Assembly (NCBI GenBank): GCA_965208905.1
Contig: OZ242365.1
Span: forward strand, 1,376,001 to 1,440,000
Length of the DNA stretch: 64,000 bases
Origin: Nitrosopumilaceae archaeon
Lineage (GTDB): Archaea > Thermoproteota > Nitrososphaeria > Nitrososphaerales > Nitrosopumilaceae
Direction of reading: 5' to 3'
Below, in pieces: positions 62,680 through 64,000 of the stretch (position 1 is the stretch's first letter; each line of letters starts with the position of its first letter). Under the pieces are notes generated by a model. The model made no database searches. It was not told the DNA's origin and saw only the letters and a program-made list of their open reading frames with translations. The position numbers and the translations under genes were made by a program.

Positions 62680-63652
62680 AGAACGGCTACAGACCGTTGG
62701 AGCCGGACTACGACGTCTCAAGATTGACGTTATAGGTGAGGAATACATACACTCTCGAGCAGAAAGTCTGACTAAAATCAAGTGGTATGAAGTTGAACAG
62801 CCAGTAGCGGTTCCGCATATAGACGGAAAGAATGTCGGTAAGGGACGCAAGGTGGACGTTGTCTGGGATTTGGATTCTGACACGCTGTACGTCAAACGTC
62901 TACCGCGACCCATGCTGGCAAACTGTGTGCCGCAAGTAATTGGCGGAATGTTCAACCGTAAAGACATACAAAATGTACTCTATTACAGTTTTGAGCGACG
63001 GCCACAGGACATCCGCGAGTACCTTGAGAATAACTTTAGACTATCCGAGGATGGTGATGAGGGCAGCGTACCCTCACCCAAGCACGAACCCGAATCTACA
63101 CGCACTAGCACCCATACAGAACAAGCCAGTAACACTCCAACAGATAACGATGGTGAGGCATCTACACCCGAGCCTAGATTCAAATCCAGACACACTAGCA
63201 CCCATGCAAAACAGAATAACATTATTACGACTAACAGTAATGATTCGGAATCTGCAGCTGACCGCAAGAAAGTGGAATGTAAGGGGATAGAGTTAGTCAT
63301 AGAGTGTGAGAAGCAACGGAATCCCAACAGCGATATTAAAGATGTGTCCGCTGATAAATGCGGATACGATATTAAATCATCCGACAGATACATAGAAGTA
63401 AAGTCATTCAAGACTACAGGTTCCCCGTCTCTTACAGAGAACGAGTGGAATTTTGCCAAGAATAACAGCTCCAAATGTTGGCTGTATGTAGTGGAGAATA
63501 TATTTGATGATGATATGTCACTTGAAGAGAAAATTATTAGAATAGAAAATCTTGGCGATAAGCAGGTAGAGGTAGCCACTGTCACGTACAAATTTCAAAA
63601 TTGGAATAAAGTACGTAAGGAGGCGAAGCTCGGATTACATTGTAACACCTAA
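62680..63652 (+). pseudogene. DUF3883 (NO VEIN C-terminal) PD-(D/E)xK nuclease domain protein, probably a 5'-truncated remnant
   Basis: DVS...GYDIKS...IEVKS...LTENEW...WLYVV; degenerate ~30-aa tandem repeat at about 63070-63255; no convincing start. Confidence 0.65.
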
Positions 63653-63905
63653 GCAAAGATCATGACGAATTATCAAAAGGTATGCCAAATCCATCAACTG
63701 ATAAAATTGAGAAAATATAGCATGACATTTTACACAGGTTTACCATCATATAATTGTACGTGTTACACAAAATGTATTTGCATTACACGTCTTTACACTC
63801 TATCTTATACCAGTACGTGTAGTGCTACGTAGTTTACACATAATTTTTCATTAAATGTATATGCGCATCACAACTAATTTTAAATGAGTCAACAGAGTAA
63901 CGCGC

Positions 63906-64000
63906 TCACTCAAAGAACGAGTCGTCCACCTCTTTTATGGTGTATGACTCTTTCACTTTGACTCCCAAGTCGTACTCATACATGTATTCGACAAGCTTGG
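63906..64000 (-). CDS. C-terminus of a probable Mrr-family restriction endonuclease (partial)
   Basis: KLVEYMYEYDLGVKVKESYTIKEVDDSFFE* resembles the Mrr C-terminal pattern L..LM..Y..GV.....Y.IK..D..FFE. Confidence 0.55.
   Translation of the reverse strand, partial: KLVEYMYEYDLGVKVKESYTIKEVDDSFFE

Noticed and set aside
62495-62680. Possible MITE with AACCCG/CGGGTT ends truncating the DUF3883 gene
   Set aside because: Only about 6-8 bp of complementarity and no TSD

Overview
Archaeal chromosomal DNA from a Nitrososphaerota (Thaumarchaeota) member, probably Nitrosopumilaceae. Evidence: archaeal 16S-23S operon with no spacer tRNA, the thaumarchaeal 515F variant GTGTCAGCCGCCGCGGTAA, TFB, EF-2 and a proteasome beta subunit. 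The IS load, pseudogenes and repeat-rich surface proteins suggest a host-associated lineage such as a sponge symbiont (inference). Housekeeping blocks (tfb, argS, fusA, apgM, thi4, purQLF, hom, psmB, hemB, rRNA) are interspersed with IS110, IS3, IS481 and IS1595 elements, a decayed island next to tRNA-Ala, and a defence island from about 50.5 kb to the end. Two systems stand out. (1) A Type I restriction-modification locus has two head-to-head hsdS genes around a hicBA pair and an intact tyrosine recombinase. Two pairs of 28-bp dyad sites with different cores predict an invertible four-state specificity shufflon in an archaeon. (2) Two 1370-bp elements carry only tnpB, yet are bounded by 25-bp terminal inverted repeats and an 8-bp target duplication, which are DDE-transposon-type ends. 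The predicted omegaRNA guide coincides with the terminal repeat itself. All calls were made by eye from the sequence and the supplied ORFs, and no database searches were run.
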